A stretch of 64,000 bases of DNA, taken from contig JARFYF010000017.1 of NCBI GenBank assembly GCA_030265395.1, forward strand, positions 19,340,768 to 19,404,767, given 5' to 3'. Made by a program: the position numbers and the translations under genes. The DNA comes from Rhina ancylostomus (taxonomy: Eukaryota). Positions 62,201 through 64,000 of this stretch are shown here, piece after piece. The notes under the pieces were generated by a model, which was given only the letters and a program-made list of their open reading frames with translations, did no database searches and was not told the origin of the DNA. How positions within the stretch are numbered: the stretch's first letter is position 1; every line of letters begins with the position of its first letter.

Positions 62201-64000
62201 TTTTTTTTAAAGTAAACTTTCATTCTCACGAAGTGTTGGTTCTGGTATTCAGAGGGAGGCAGAAAGAGAGCAAGACCTGTCCCTGTGTTGGCAACACAGA
62301 AGTCCAACTGAATTTAACAGCAGGGGCTCCATTCATAAGCTTAGAAATTTGGTTGCCTAGTTCTGTTCATTTCAGCTCTACGTGATTGAAAGTGCACTCA
62401 CCATGATTTGAAACATTTCCACATAACTTCAGGTCAGTCTGGACAGTAGACTGGGCTCTTCTCTGCCTGAATCACATGAACAGCTGAAGTGTTTTCCACA
62501 TCACACACACAACAAGTGATGTCATGCCTTGTACAATAGTACCTTTTGGAGCACTGTGGGAGAAATTATTCCAAGTTATCCTGGGAGCAACTGTTGTTGG
62601 GCAATTCTGGGTCAATTGGATTTTCACTGCGATTGGGTTTTTGATTAAATTCTTTCACGTAACACACAAAAATGTTGACCTATGCAACAGAAATGTTGAG
62701 GCCAAAATATTTGAAACCACAAATAAAACTATTTCCTGATTAAAGGAACAAATCACATCCAAAATGTCCACTCATCCTTCCCTANNNNNNNNNGAGACTT
62801 TCCTAACAAATGCAATGAGCCAGTAATGGACTAAATCTTGGCAACAAATATATCAAGACAAAAACCTAGTGCAAAAGTTCAATAAATGTGTAAATAAAAC
62901 ATTCATAATGGCATCTGTGATAAGTATAATTTATCCAACTGAACTGAGCTGATAACCTTTAGCCCTAAAGCTGTTTGTGGGTTCTAAAGTGAAAATCATT
63001 CAGTAACATACATCATACGTGTACAGGTTTGAAAATTAGCTATTATCATGCAAGTTTCTTTTAATACAAAAAGTTAACACTTTGGTTTACATTGAGAAAG
63101 GCTTCTGACCAAGTTCTGTATTTGGAAATGGTCCCTTCTCCCTGGAATGTTATAATTAACATTTTCCTGCTTTTTGAAATCATTCCTCTTCACTTTACAA
63201 CACTACGATAGTCAATATTGGGGGGGGGGGGAAGAGAAGGGGGGGGAAAAACACAGGCACCAGTTTGAAAAGAAAAAACTTCCATTTATATAGTGTCATT
63301 TCAGGACCTCACAGTATCTACAAGCTCCATACACATAATGAAGTGTATTGAATTGTATTTATGTTGCAATGTATAAATCACAAAAGCCTTTTGTGCAAAA
63401 TAAGTTCTACAAATGGTTATGAGATAATGACGGGATAATGGTACAGAAATTCTGGTGCACCCTAGTGGGTATGCTAGATAGCCAGTGTGGCTGTGCATCA
63501 ACAACCATTTGAGTTGATAGTTCTTTGGGCACTGCACATGTGTCAGCATTGAAAATGTGCTGTCTGGTACACCATTCCAAAGCTAGTTTCAGGTGCGTGT
63601 AGGAGTCAATATTGGAGGGTGAAGCAATCAGCAGTGGCTGGGTAAGGATGGGGCACGGGTGCAGTGCTGTTTAGTAATCAGAACCAGCGTGTGGCCTGGT
63701 ATAACAACAACTGGGAGCAACGTGTTCATTTTNNNNNNNNNNNNNNNNNNNNNNNNNNNNNNNNNNNNNNNNNNNNNNNNNNNNNNNNNNNNNNNNNNNN
63801 NNNNNNNNNNNNNNNNNNNNNNNNNNNNNNNNNNNNNNNNNNNNNNNNNNNNNNNNNNNNNNNTATAGGGTGAGGGGTGCCAAAGATCTATACAAGTAAT
63901 TTTCTTACTTGCTAAGCATTCCAGTCCAGCACAGTGCTGTTCAACCCAGGTAGTTTCATGACTACACAATGACAAGTACCTGCAGGACAACACACTCCAA

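Overview
Eukaryotic, AT-rich, repeat-dense DNA from a draft assembly with many N-runs. The repeat families (V-SINEs, Deu/SacSINE1-like SINEs, CR1, RTE, Rex1/Babar, L2-like LINEs, Penelope pseudo-LTRs) point to a cartilaginous fish, probably a batoid; this is an inference from recognised repeats. I can support one host coding exon: a 142-nt + strand exon at 49118-49259 encoding [47 protein letters not shown], matching FANCA (equivalent to human exon 13) with canonical splice sites. The rest appears to be intron, filled with decayed and often nested transposons. These include two Gypsy pol relics in opposite orientation, two Harbinger-type Myb/SANT relics and several Penelope pseudo-LTRs with degenerate hammerhead ribozyme motifs. 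Unexplained structure includes a 98-bp, 95% identical inverted repeat (41796-42629), a three-stem hairpin at about 13050-13130 and several repeat-free, CNE-like blocks. Almost all ORFs in the supplied track are noise or transposon debris. I see no CRISPR, rRNA, true tRNA or operon-like system. Repeat boundaries are approximate and read by eye; family names come from recalled consensus motifs, not database searches.
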